DNA of 64,000 nucleotides from Octopus sinensis (GCF_006345805.1 NC_043003.1:16182001-16246000), one strand, 5' to 3'. Positions 1 to 12,883 are shown, numbered from the stretch's first letter. The notes: generated from the letters alone by a model not told the origin. Numbers and translations are program-made.

Positions 1-558
1 TGACAACAAGGTCAAGGTGAGCTTTCATTGGCTGTATGCAAATGCGTTCATTTCTTGGATCCGGAACTCTCGTGGGAAAAAAATTCACAGCCCGGAGTGG
101 TAGAATCCGTCAGGTTCACAGCTATGGGTTAAATAAATTTCCCCAGGATAGAGGAGGCTCCCGTTGTTTTTGCTGAACTTCTAGCATTTATACTAATGTA
201 CAGGTACCAATATCTCATTTAATTATTTAAGTAAATTTAATATTTGTTTAATTCAGAGTGTGACCACCACTCTTTCGGATAATACAAAATAAACCGCACT
301 GGCTTTGGAACCAAGGGTTCCGGAATATTCGACATTGTACCTGTATGTATATGTGTGTGAATGCGTGAGCGCGCACATGTGTGTGTGTGTGAGATAAAGA
401 GAGAGGGAGAACGAGAGATAGATAAAGAGAGAGAGAGAACGAAGGAGAGAGAGGCAATGGTACACAGTATGTCCAATGTGTTACTCTCCAAACTACGAAC
501 TTAGTTTTGCCTCTTGGTTGATATGATGGCGTTTTAAACATAACCAATGTAAATATAT

Positions 559-631
<73 letters not shown>

Positions 632-724
632 AGATGTACTGGCATAGCAAGTAATTTGATCTGAGATCGCGTGCTGAAACGAAAACAATTGTATATATAT
701 ATATATATATATATATAAATGCGC

Positions 725-960
725 CATTTTAAAGCCAGGCACATGGGCCAGGTTTCCCGGTTTCTATAGCGTATGTGTTCCCCAGCTGGACGGGGACGCC
801 AGTCCATCGCAGCGTTACTCATTTTTGTCATCTGATTGGACTGTAGCAACGTAAAATGAAGTGTTTTGCTCAAGAACACAACACGTCGCCCAGTCCAAGA
901 ATCGAAACCACAATCTTACGATCATGATGCTGACACCCTAACCACTAAACCACGCGCCTC

Positions 961-962
<2 letters not shown>
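725..962 (-). mobile_element. tRNA-derived SINE, family C (Nin-domain-like 3' part)
   Basis: Minus strand: GGAGGCGCGTGGTTTAGTGGTTAGG A-box head, GGTTTCGATTC B-box, then CTGCGATGGACTGGCGTCCCCGTCCAG, shared with the copy at 46402-46698. Confidence 0.75.
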
Positions 963-1032
<70 letters not shown>

Positions 1033-1046
1033 TATATATATGTGTG

Positions 1047-1080
<34 letters not shown>

Positions 1081-1721
1081 TGTATGTATGCTTGCATGCA
1101 TGCATGCATGTATGTATGTATATATGTATTTACATGAAATGCAAGAGAAGTGAACACGTAATTACTCTGATAACGAACGGAACTGCACAATAGTATTGAA
1201 ATACCAGACAATATTAATGGATTGACATTAATTGGAGTCGATAAATAACATCGTTTAACATAATGGTAAATAATTGGTTGAAAACGCAGTAATAAGCATA
1301 ATGGTTATTTTATTGGAGAAACGAACACAGCCGGCGAATCTTTACAGTGTTGAGTACTTCATACACTTAATTACATAATAAGTATTTAATACTAAGACAA
1401 CACTGATGTGTTTAAAAGATTATAGACGAAATTGGTTCTCTGGGAGAGCTGCTGAATTGGGGGAAAAATATCGGGCATTTAGCGTTATTATAATCTTTTT
1501 GTTTAGTGGGGGGTGTTTTGTGTATTTCTTTTAGATCCACTGATATGGCTGTACGGGTAAGATGCTTGCTTTGTAATAACGAGCTGTTTTTTTTCTTTTT
1601 TTTTTTGGTTCAGTCTCACTGCACGGCACTTGGCCAAGTGTCTTCTGCTACTGATCCAAACCGACCAACGCCTTGTGAGTAATTTTGGTAGGCGGAAACT
1701 GTGTGAAACGCGTAACCACAT

Positions 1722-1855
1722 GTGTATCGTTCGCGATTTTTTTTTCCTTCGTCTTCTTTTCTATTGGACTTTCCTCCGTCTCCTTTTTCTGAAGAAGAGC
1801 TTTGCTCGAAATGTGAAACCACTTTTCTTTCCTTCCCTGAGCGTCTGCTAATACT
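1722..1855 (+). mobile_element. Short hammerhead-bearing repeat (family F), degenerate copy
   Basis: ttt-CTGAAGA-agagc-ttt-gctc-GAAA-tgtg-aaa at 1786-1818. Flanks match copies at 25193-25390, 27418-27625 and 48213-48400. Helix III and the cleavage site are mutated. Confidence 0.65.
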
Positions 1856-2000
1856 AATATATATATATATTATTGTGTCTGGGGAGAGTCATTCTCCTTT
1901 ACTTAACACTCTCACCTGTTCGATTTTCACTCATTTACTTATTTATTTTTTCGAAAACATTTTCGTTGCGTCTTGCAAACTTTTCAATAGTCATTCATTC

Positions 2001-2605
2001 TTAGTTAGTTAGTTAATTTGGCTCAAAAGCAAATAGCAAGGCCATGTAGGGGGACATGGAGTTAAGTACAGGGTGGTGTTCATGTAAAGAGTTCAGGCCA
2101 CTTGAGGTCAAGGGAGGCTTTGAACAAAGCGGTCGTCGGCATCTTCACCATCTCGTCTGGCAGCTTGTTCCACGGATCCGCAACCCGGACGGAGAAAGCT
2201 CCTCTCCTTCGATTGAGATGAAATCGTCGCAGGTAGAGCTTTTCGGAATGACCCCGCAGCCGACGCTCTGGAGCAGGAGTGAAGAACAGCTCTTTCGAGG
2301 TTACACTTTCCGCTTATGATGTGTGGCGAGAATGAAATCACCACACGGCGGCGGCGTTTTTCAAGAGAATAAAGGTCGAGCGTCCTCAGCCTTTCTTCGT
2401 AGGACAAATTTTTGAGACCATGAACCATGCGGGTAGCCAACTTCTGGACTCTTTCGAGATGCTGTATGTCATTGAGGGGATAAGGAGAAGAGGCTTGAAT
2501 CCCATACTCCAATATGGGTCTCACCAGCGTGACATAGAGTGGTAGGAATATGGCTGCTGTGAGCATTCCGAATGACCGTCGAATCAAGAACAGAATTCTG
2601 CGTGA
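2001..2605 (-). mobile_element. CR1/L2-group LINE, 5'-truncated 3' end with (TAAC)n tail
   Basis: ORF 2108-2587 contains LYVTLVRPILEY...LERVQKLATR...SYEERLRTLDLYSLEKRR, the typical CR1/L2 RT C-terminal region. A near-identical 3' end recurs at 50051-50218. Confidence 0.9.
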
Positions 2606-2687
2606 TCAGAGCTGCGTTCTTTTTGTTTGTTTATTTGTGCACATGTGTGTGTGTGTGTGTCAGTGTGCATGTGTATATATATATATA

Positions 2688-2881
2688 TAATTGTGACTGA
2701 GGGTGCCGAGTGGCACCTATAATGCTAGAACTACGAGTTATAACCCCTCAGAGCCGCAAGAAAGCACATTTTCATATACTGACAGAGTTATCTCCTCTGT
2801 CAGTATATGAAAATGTGCTTTGTTGCATCTCTAAGAGTTTCTAGCATTATAGGTGCCACCCGGCGCCCTCTGTCACAATTA
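2688..2881. repeat. About 190-bp fold-back element (MITE-like)
   Basis: Outer arms TAATTGTGAC..GTGGCACCTATAATGCTAGAA and its reverse complement. Inner perfect 27-bp stem 2761-2787/2795-2821. Confidence 0.8.
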
Positions 2882-2944
2882 GTGACAACTAAAATTTTCC
2901 TTTTTGCATTTATATTGCGTATAGCTACCTTGGTTTTTTATATA

Positions 2945-3354
2945 TTGGGTTGGCAACTAAGTTCCCACGGTTTTTTTTTTATTATTTTGGAACTTATTGC
3001 GTTTTTTTAATTTTGGAATTTATTTGTTTTAGAGAATTCTATTTTTGAAGCATTTTGGAATCTTTTTTTTTTCTAGTTATTTTAGTTAATTTTTGTTTAT
3101 TTTCAGATTATTAAAATGGAATGTCAAGTTAAGAAAAACGAGTATTTTCGACACCTCCTTTATTTTGCTTTTAATCAAGGTTACAAGGCCGCGAAAGCTG
3201 CTCGCAATATTTGCGCTGTGTATGGAGAGGTTGCCATAGCTGAAAAAACCGCTCTTGATTGGTATGCCAAGTTCAAAAATGGAGATTTTGATCTCAAAGA
3301 CGCACCCCGTTCTGGCCGTCCCGTTGAGTTCGATGAAGAGCGATTAAACCAACT
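2945..3354 (+). mobile_element. Mariner transposon 5' half (TIR plus transposase N-terminal HTH), truncated by a SINE
   Basis: TA|TTGGGTTGGCAACTAAG terminus. ORF from 3116 MECQVKKNEYFRHLL...ICAVYG...WYAKFKNGDFDLKDAPRSGRP. Confidence 0.9.
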
Positions 3355-3455
3355 TTGCGTGGCACCTTGGGCAGGTGTCTTCTACTATAGCCTCGGCCCG
3401 ACCAAGACTTGTGAATGGATTTGGTAGACGGAGATTGAAAGAAGCCCGTCGTATA

Positions 3456-3500
<45 letters not shown>

Positions 3501-3669
3501 GACGGGCTTCTTTCAGACCAAAGGTTGTGAGTGGATTTCGTAGACGGAAACTGAAAGAAGCCCTCGTATATAGTAGAAGACACTTGCCCAAGGTTCCACG
3601 CAGTGGGGCAGAACCCGGTACCATGAGGTTGGTAAGCAAGCTACTAACCACACAGACACTCCTGCGCCT
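3355..3669. mobile_element. Two partial SINE-A copies in opposite orientation around a (TA)n tract
   Basis: GCGTGGCACCTTGGGCAGGTG...GAAGCCCGTCG (+), then (TA)n, then CGACGGGCTTC...CACTCCTGCGCC (-). Confidence 0.75.
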
Positions 3670-4273
3670 ATATATTATATATATATATATATATATGTGT
3701 GTGTGGTTGTGGTGTGTGTGTGTGTTGTATGTGTGTGTGTATAAATACTATGCATATATAATATATATATATATATATATAATATATATATATATAAATA
3801 TATATATATATATGTATAAATATACGATGTATATGTGTGTATGTATATATATATATGCATATGTGTATGTGTGACAATATAATAAATATATATCTATATA
3901 TATGTGCATAAGTGTGTATATCTGTTCGTGTGTGTGTGCTAAGTAAACAAAAACAAGTGAATCGAAGAACAGCAAAAAAATAAAATATATGCATTAATAA
4001 TATTTGTACCCCAATTTTTGGAATCTAGGAACTCATTGAACATGCATCTCTTGTCGGAAGTTCAAGTAACAACTCCTCACCTAAAGTGATCCTTTATCAG
4101 TGTTGACAGAAACAGCTGGTTGTTTGTGTGTATGCATAACGGAGTGCCTGTCTCTCAGCATTTGCATAATGAAGATTTGAAGAATAATTAACATAGGCAT
4201 TTAGAAAACACTGTCCAATACACGGACATATTTACTTGAATACGTGCGAACACACAAATACATATATAAACAA

Positions 4274-4306
<33 letters not shown>

Positions 4307-4387
4307 GATACACACACATATTTATATACATATATGCATATATATATATTTATATATGTATATACACAAACACATATGTATAATAAT

Positions 4388-4455
<68 letters not shown>

Positions 4456-4513
4456 ATTGCTATCTCTCTATCTACAGTTATATGTATAGATAGATAGACA
4501 GATAGATAGATAG

Positions 4514-4577
<64 letters not shown>

Positions 4578-4723
4578 GGATGGATGGATGCATGGATGGA
4601 TGGATGGATGGATGGATGGATGGATGGATGGATGGATGGATGGATGCATGCATGGATGGATGGATGGATGGATGGATGGATGGATGGATGGATGGGTGGG
4701 TGGGTTTTAGGTAGATAGATAGG

Positions 4724-4759
<36 letters not shown>

Positions 4760-4777
4760 CAGATAGGTAGGTAGATG

Positions 4778-5141
4778 ACACTCCGACGGTTACGATGAGG
4801 AGAGTTTCAGTTGATCCGATCAACGGAACAGCCTGCTCGTGAAATTAACGTGCAAGTGGCTGAGTACTCCAAAGACACGTGTACACCTTAACGTAGTTCT
4901 CGGGGAGATCCAGCGTGACATAGTGTGACAAGGCTGGCCTTTTGAAATACAGATACAAGAGAAACAGGAAGAAAGAGTGAGAGAAAGTTGTGGTGAAAGA
5001 GTACAGCGGGGTTCGCCACCATCCCCTGCCGGAGCAACGTGGAGCTTTGGGAATTAACTCTCACAACGCTCAGTCCCAGAATTGAAACCGCGATCCTACG
5101 ACCGCGAGTCCACTGCCCTAACCACTGGGCCATTACGCCCT
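4778..5141 (-). mobile_element. tRNA-derived SINE, family C, near full length
   Basis: Minus strand GGCGTAATGGCCCAGTGGTTAGGGC head. Body GAGAACTACGTTAAGG..CAGCCACTTGCACGTTAATTTCACGAGCAGG is shared with 15872 and 17256. Inserted in (GATA)n. Confidence 0.85.
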
Positions 5142-5531
5142 CATGATAGATAGATAGATAGATACACATACGAATGTATATGCCTATGTGTATATGTGTG
5201 TATGTATATATTTGAATGTGAATAGCATTATCGACACGTCAACGAATACCTTGTGGTATTGAATAACGATCAAGTTACTCGCCTTTCTGCAGCTCCATTT
5301 CGATATTCTACCTTACAATGACGATAAAATATGCTCGAGACAAAGTATTAGAGTCGATATAATCGAGTAAGCCATTTGAAATCGGTGTCTGAAAAAGACC
5401 ACCACAATTCGTAAAAGAATAAAGGAATAAAAGAATGCGAGATTGAAAACCAATACACAGTAGAGGGAAGGGAAATAGTTCGTATATAAATACGTTATCA
5501 ATGTTATGGACAACCGATTATTTCTCTCCTT

Positions 5532-5570
<39 letters not shown>

Positions 5571-5604
5571 CCTCTCTCCACTCTCTCTCTCTCGCTATGC
5601 GCAT

Positions 5605-5738
5605 GCAATAGTGCTTGTGTAATCAGAACTTTGCCTTGTATTCACATGGTTCCAGGTTCAGTCCCACTGCATGACATCTTGAGCAAATATCATTTGCTAT
5701 ATTCCCAGGACCACTAAAGCCTTGGAAACTGGAAGACC

Positions 5739-5780
<42 letters not shown>

Positions 5781-5841
5781 CATATATATATATATTATAT
5801 ATAGATATATATATATATATAATATATATATATATTAACAT

Positions 5842-5881
<40 letters not shown>

Positions 5882-6145
5882 GTGTGTTGTGTGTGTGAGT
5901 GTGCGTGTGTGTGTGTGAGTGTAATTGTGTGTGTGTATCTTTGTATTTGAGTGTGTCCTTTACTCCTCGCTTGACAACTGATATTGGTTTGTTTACGTCC
6001 CCGTGACTTTGCAGTTCGGCATAAGAGACCGATAGGATAAATACCAAACTTAGAAAGTAAATACTGGGGGTGATTCTTTTGATAAAATCCCTGAAGGCGG
6101 TGTCCCAACATGGCCGCAGTATAATGACTGGAACAAGAGATAACA
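5605..6145 (+). mobile_element. SINE family A with internal (TA)n/(TG)n
   Basis: GGTTCAGTCCCACTGC..CTTGAGCAA head and GTTTACGTCCCCG..CATGGCCGCAG..GACTG tail, as in 31456-31838. Confidence 0.8.
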
Positions 6146-6330
6146 CATAATATATATATATATATATATATAGCCATCTGGTTCGCCAGCCCTCAGTCAA
6201 ATGGTGCAACCCATGCTAGCATGGAAAGCGGACATTACACGATGATGATATATATATATATATATATATAATTATTTTTTAAAAGGAGCTTCTACAGGAC
6301 TAGAACTGTTTCATTCAAAAGAAATCATCA

Positions 6331-6385
6331 AGAGCTTCCTGATGATTTCTTTTGAATGAAACAGTTCTAGTCCTGTAGAAGCTCT
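6331..6385 (+). ncRNA. Type I hammerhead ribozyme
   Basis: agagcttc-CTGATGA-t(ttc-tttt-gaa)t-GAAA-cag-ttctagtc-ctGTA-gaagctct. 8-bp helix I, 4-bp helix III, GUA cleavage after 6377. U.U mismatch at the base of helix II. Confidence 0.8.
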
Positions 6386-6485
6386 TCTATAAAATAAATT
6401 AATTTACTCTGCTATGTATTTAGTACCTTATTTACTGTGGTTAACCCCGACTCAATCCGGGACCTACATATATATATATATATAT

Positions 6486-7065
6486 AAAGTGGTGAAGGCC
6501 GGTTTATGAGATTACCCTGTGTTTCCCGTCCATAAAGGGTTTAGATTATGACATATCGTCAGATCCCTAACCCTGTTGACCCAAGACCTCTTCATATTTT
6601 GAAGAGGTCTTAGGCTAACAGGTTTTGGGGTCTGACGATACCGCCATAAAGCTAAACCCTTTATGGACAGGAAACCCAGCGTAATGCAATAAACCAGCTT
6701 TCCTCACTTATAATATATACTGTTCTACATCTTAGAGTGAGTTTCTTCTCTGGATTTATGTTTTCTACAAACGATCCTTTTTGTTCTCTGGCCAGAGTTT
6801 TTCACAGAGATCATGTGTTTTTTGTTAAATAGCTGACCAGTAAATTGCGCTTCTGTATATTTACGGAAACCACGGATCTCTCATAAATATGGAACGATTT
6901 GACCTTGCTGGTCCACCAAAAACATCCCCACGCCATCCAACGAACTGTACACCCGCATGCTGCTGGAAAGAATATTAAAAAGCCATATTTTGGAGAGGTC
7001 TTAGGCCAACAGGTTTTGGGGTCTGACGATACGCCATAAAGCTAAACCCTTTAAGGACGGGAAAG
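6486..7065. mobile_element. Penelope/retrozyme-like element: inverted repeat plus 391-bp direct repeat, three hammerhead-like motifs
   Basis: Imperfect about 105-bp fold-back centred near 6597. CTGACGA..GAAA at 6632 (+), 7023 (+) and 6508-6567 (-). The minus copy has helix I gggat/atctc and a GUA site. Confidence 0.7.
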
Positions 7066-8063
7066 ATTCGTAGAAACAAAGGAAATTCTGATTTTATGCG
7101 CACCAGAATATTAGGAAAACGAAAATTGACCAAAATATCAAGAATTCAAAATCTGTAGATCTACATGTAAATAAATACTTTACATTAAAAGATTCTACGT
7201 CCAGAGATTAAGAAATACTATATAATTTAAAATCAAAATTAGAATTACGGTTGGAGAGCAACTTGTTTCGGTTGACCTTACATTACAAACATACCTTCCA
7301 ATAACAAAACCATTCAAATACATACAAAGATTTATAACGTGTTTTTTACATTAATTTATGTTATTATATTAAGTAACGAGTATTAAAATTTTGAACTTAA
7401 ACAAGAGACCGATAAATCTATACGTCCTCTCTCCACAAATGCACACAAAGATACACAGACATACGCAAGTTCATATATAATTCATATATAATTTGGTTAT
7501 CGAATAAAGCGTTTGATTTGGTGATAAATCGATAGGGCCCATTGATTTGTTTTTGCCAAAATCTCACCTTAATTATAGCTTCAACAACTAAACATTCGTT
7601 GTCGCACCAGCCATGTCTTATATAGTGTGACGTTGTTATTATAAACGACACGTTACAGAAATCGAAGCTTACAATCAGTTAGACGTTATAATTGTCTCTC
7701 TGGATACTACATATAAAAATGACCGCATTGGTTGGTGTGTGTTTTTAATAGCAATATAAGAAGAGTCAGCTAGTTTGCAACTGCGAGTGTTGGTCCCATT
7801 ATACCGATAGCTAAAATGGGAACGCAATAATAACAGAAGAATGTAACTAAAAACAACTACAACAACAGGAAGTAGAACAAAATAACAAACATAACAATAT
7901 ATATATATATGTAATGGATTGAAGAAAGACAAAGAATATAAACATGTATAACTGCATATAAACATACATACATACATATGTATATATATACATATATATG
8001 TATATATATGTATAATATATATATTTGTATATATATATGTATATATATATGTATATATATATC

Positions 8064-8109
<46 letters not shown>

Positions 8110-8355
8110 ATCCAGGGGATAATCATAATCCTTGGTAATTGTCTCCGCAAGACATAATGTAAGATCCTGGCTAGCATAGTATTCCCATAATCGAATCAAG
8201 ATCGGTAAGACTCTGATTAATACAGAGGGGAAATACTTCGCAACTCAAGGTAAGATCCAGTCGCATTAATATAAACTCCGCACGTGAGTGATGATGATGA
8301 TAATAATAATAATAATAATGATAATAATAATAATAATAATAACAGCAACAACAAC

Positions 8356-8434
<79 letters not shown>

Positions 8435-8439
8435 GAACA

Positions 8440-9611
8440 ATGGAGGATGGAATATTTCCGAAGACTAAGATTGGTGTGGCGCTCAAAATTGACCGGATGG
8501 AATAAAATCCAAGTAGTTAATACATGGGGGGTATGATCACTTCGGTATTGAACTGGAATCATAAACTGGTGAAAGAGAGAACTGATGACAGCGCATAGAA
8601 CCTTCCATTGAAACAGAGGAAAACAAGTTTATGGTGGTATGTAAAAAATAAGTACTGCGGAACTATTGTTGAAACATGTGAAGAAGCCCGGTGTCATTAA
8701 AACTGATAATTGTGTAAAGAAAGAAAATCTTAAAGAGGAATGGAACTCAAAAAAAGAAACAGCATGGAAGGAGAAAATGATGTCCGAACTGTTTGAGGAA
8801 ATACGAACGTCAAGACAGATACAGAAGCCCGGTGGCTGTGTATGAGGAGGAGTGACCTGAAGACTGAGACAGAAGCGCTTATATGCAAAGCACAAGAACA
8901 AGTGTTAAGAACTAATTATGTGAAGTGCAGAATTGACAGCACTAACGAGAGCGACAAATGCAAAATGTGTGGTGAAGGGGTGAAACAGTATGGCACATCG
9001 TTAGCGAATGCCCGTAAATGGCACAACACGAATACAAAAGACGATATGACAATGTAGCAAGAATGATCCATTGGGAGCTCTGTAGAAATCACGGCCTACA
9101 AGGAGCAAAGACGTGGTATGAGGAAACCCCAGGAGTCAGCGAGAATGAAGATTACAAAATCCTATGGGATGCAATGATTCAGTGCATTCTCCTGACCAAA
9201 CATCGGAAACCAGATATTGTTGTAAAGAGTAAAAAAAGAAACCTTACATGATAATAGACATAGCATGATCCAATGACAACAGTATCGAAGAGAAACAAAA
9301 AGAAAAACTGAACAACAAGACGATTTGAAATTCAAAATACGAAGGCTGTGGTCAATGAGGAGAGTAGACGTGATACCAATAATAATTGATGCACTTGGAA
9401 GTATCACCACTAAACTATCAATATGGCTGAAAAAGATCGGTGCAAGAGTGAAGGTGCAACACCTACAAAAATCAGCATTGCTTGGAACTGCAAGAATTGT
9501 TCGCAGGTTTCTTGATGCATGACCTGTAAAAAAGTGTCACCGTAGTCTGCTGGCTGTGGACAGCTGACACTTTCCATCATACCAATTAAAATAAGCTGAG
9601 TGATTTTCATC
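8440..9611 (+). mobile_element. R4/Dong-clade non-LTR retrotransposon, 3' part (zinc knuckle plus restriction-like endonuclease), frameshifted
   Basis: ORFs 8842, 9018 and 9325: ETEALICKAQEQVLRTN..CKMC..HIVSEC; KRRYDNVARMIHW; KPDIVV; VIPIIIDALG..LQKSALLGTARI. Flanked on both sides by (TAA)n, the known Dong target. Confidence 0.9.
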
Positions 9612-9617
9612 AATAAT

Positions 9618-9667
<50 letters not shown>

Positions 9668-9864
9668 GTAATAGTAATAGTAATAATAATAATATAATAG
9701 TAATAGTAATAGTAATATTAATAATAATAATATAATAATAATAATAATAATAGTAATAATAACAATAATAATAATAGTAATAGTAATAGTAATAATAATA
9801 ATATAATAGTAATAGTAATAAATATTAATATAATATAATAATAATAAATAGTATAATAATATAA

Positions 9865-9964
9865 NNNNNNNNNNNNNNNNNNNNNNNNNNNNNNNNNNNN
9901 NNNNNNNNNNNNNNNNNNNNNNNNNNNNNNNNNNNNNNNNNNNNNNNNNNNNNNNNNNNNNNNN
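9865..9964. other. Assembly gap (100 N)
   Basis: Run of N directly after a (TAA)n tract. Confidence 1.
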
Positions 9965-10559
9965 TAAATCGATATTGACTAATTATATCTTAACTTAAAA
10001 AAACACAAAATGATACAAATGAACAATCTATACTAATTAAAAAAATGTAATCATTTATAGCTTATTTATATCATACACACTGAAATGAAATGTAAAGTAT
10101 AAAAGTGATAACTATGGAATTTGTTAATTAGCAGAATGAATGATAATTAGCCGAAGGAGGGGAAAAATTATAAGATTCAAGACATGGCTGTGTGGTTAAG
10201 AAGTTCATTTTGCAACTACGTAGTTTCAGGTTCAGTCTCACTGTACGGTACCTTGAGCTGGACACAAAACCGCCTAAAGAGGTTCAACCTGTACTACGAA
10301 AATAATCGAACTATTGGAAGGCATAAGGAATACCAAACTACATATTGTCCCCTACTATAACTTCGGGTATACTAATGCCTTATGAGTGAATTTTGTTGAC
10401 GGTAACTGAAAACCAAGGGACAGAGCAGCTAACTGGAATCGAACCATGTCTCCGCCGAATACCGCGATAACTATTACACCAAAGCTGCTCACCCAATTCC
10501 TGTCACTGAATTTAGATGTGTGCATGTTTGTGTAACCATGATGTCCCGCTGGCGAAATA

Positions 10560-11058
10560 TTTTTCCCACGAGAGTTCCGGATCCCAGTAAAGAACCCATT
10601 TGCATATAACCAATCAGAGCTCACCTTGACCATGTCAAGTTACAAAGGTTGGCATCGATCGCTAAATTATGCCTGATTTTAGGAGATAAGTAATTAGATA
10701 GATTTGCATCTATACCTATTATCGGATTTTATTAGGGTCCCCCGTATGGTAATGATGTGGATGGGAAAAATATGGGTAGAGGATGATGTGCTAGCAATCC
10801 CCTCCTCTTACTGCTTTAAAAAATAAACAACACAAATAACTACGCAGGGGCAGCCATGGTTGAAACACGAACAAGAACAACAAGAATTATTAAACGAGAA
10901 AAGAAGCATGGTTATTCCTTATCCAAGTGATCTTGGATAAGGAATGACTCAGCACCCATCACTTGTTATGCGCTCATAAATTAATTTGATAGTTGAGTTT
11001 TGATTGGCTGTATGCTAATGAGTTCATAACTGGGGTCCGGAACTCTCGTGAGAAAAAA
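10560..11058. repeat. Divergent pair of a 65-80 bp motif module (third copy at 1-85)
   Basis: GGTCAAGGTGAGCT..ATTGG.T.TATGCAAATG.GTTC..GATCCGGAACTCTCGTGGGAAAAA at 1-85 (+) and 10560-10637 (-). A shorter variant sits at 10994-11058 (+). Confidence 0.75.
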
Positions 11059-11425
11059 TGATGAGCCAGCTGTCTTTATTTGCCTTAATTTGTGAATATA
11101 CAATTGTATTGTTTAATGTTGAGCAAACATATTAATGCCAACATGTCTGCATTATTCTTCGATATAGAAATAAATGCTACATGGATAAGGTTGTGAAACG
11201 GCTGCAGCCTCAGAGAAGTTACATCTTTAAAGAAAAACATATATTCACTCCTCATATTTTACGACTGAATGGTTTTGGGGTTTCTTAGCTTGTTGTCAGG
11301 ACTCTCTTAGCTTAATGGTACCAAGCACTCAGTCGGAATTTGAGGGTGGATTCTCTGTAGAAGCTTGATGGTCAATTTCTAACGGCAGTGCCCCAGCATG
11401 GCCGCAGGTCTCAAGTTGAAACTAG

Positions 11426-11464
<39 letters not shown>

Positions 11465-12848
11465 TATATATAAAATATGTGTGTGAGTATGTGTGCACGT
11501 GTGTGTATGCGTATGTGTGTGTATATGTGTGTGTTACTCTCTGTGTGCATACATAAATACACACACTCACGCACACACATATATACCTATATATATATAT
11601 AATGTATTTAAACATAAATAAAATTTAAAATTCCTATGCGTATTTAAAATATATTATTCAAACAAACATTTTGTTTATAATTAAATGAAATATAAACATT
11701 GTAATTTAAACACAGAGAAAAGGTTATTAACCTCAGGGAATAATATTACCTGATACTCAAGAAAAAATAAATATTTAATAAGATATAAGATATTCCGGAT
11801 CTTTTCTGTTTGGTTGTCACTTTTCAACTTCTTCAATTTCTGTTCTAACTGATTTCATATTTGGTGTAATGATATAGTTTCGTATACTAACCGTTGCCAT
11901 GAAATTCATTTTCGCAATAAATCAATAAAGAGTTATTAGCTTTTAACCCATTTTAACCCAGGTTAACTCTGTCGAAATTTTGAAGATAGTTATATAAGAA
12001 GGGATAACAAATATACGGAAGTGTCCAGTTAACCTTGCAGTAAATAAACCGAATGCAACTGTCCTCCTCTTCCTCCTGCTCCTCCTTCTCCTCCTCGTCC
12101 TGCTCATTGTCCTGCTCCTCGTCCTGCTCCTCGTCCTGCTCCTCGTCCTGCTCCTCCTGCTCCCTGCTGCCCCTCCTGCTCCTCCGGCTGCCCCTCCTCC
12201 CCTCCCCCTCTCTATATATATACACGCATATACGTATATGAAGTTTGACTTTTAAGTTTAATCGTAACGAAGACGCACGATATATATATATATATAATAT
12301 GTATACACACATACACACACACACATATATATATGTACATAGTGTGTGTATGTGTGTATGTGTGTATGTATGTGTGTGTGTGTGTGTATGTGTATGTATA
12401 CAATTTCAATCTAAGGAATAGTTTTGAAAATTTCCAATTCCAACTAGCTTCACATAAGCTGTCAAAAGAGTCAACACCAAAAGGGCAACCGAAAATAAAG
12501 TAGAGCGCTAATTGAACAGTTGTTTCTGATAAAACAAATTCCCTTCATCTTCCTAATATATCGAGATATTTACAAACGTTGGTTCAAAAGGCTTACTTTA
12601 TTATTAAAAAAATAATCAAAAACAAATGTTTAGATCAACTTCGAATACAAATTTACCAAATTAAGTATATAAATCGGAGCAATGAAAACATGCAAATCTT
12701 TTCAAAACCTTAGCGTTTGTCATCATATGTTTACCGTTGTCGCAATTTCAACAAAGGAATAATGTTTCTTAGATACCGGTGGTCCTTAATTTGTCCACAT
12801 ACATATATGTATACTACACACTCATAGATAGATATAAATATATAGGTT

Positions 12849-12883
<35 letters not shown>

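Noticed and set aside
5281-5372. Apparent exon (TTTCTGCAG acceptor, GTAAGC donor)
   Set aside because: The sequence resembles decayed SINE-B (GTCGATATAATCGA), and the peptide is unrecognisable.
11953-12324. Acidic EEQDEEQD ORF
   Set aside because: Compound (TCC/TGC) simple repeat flanked by TA tracts, with no splice or homology support.
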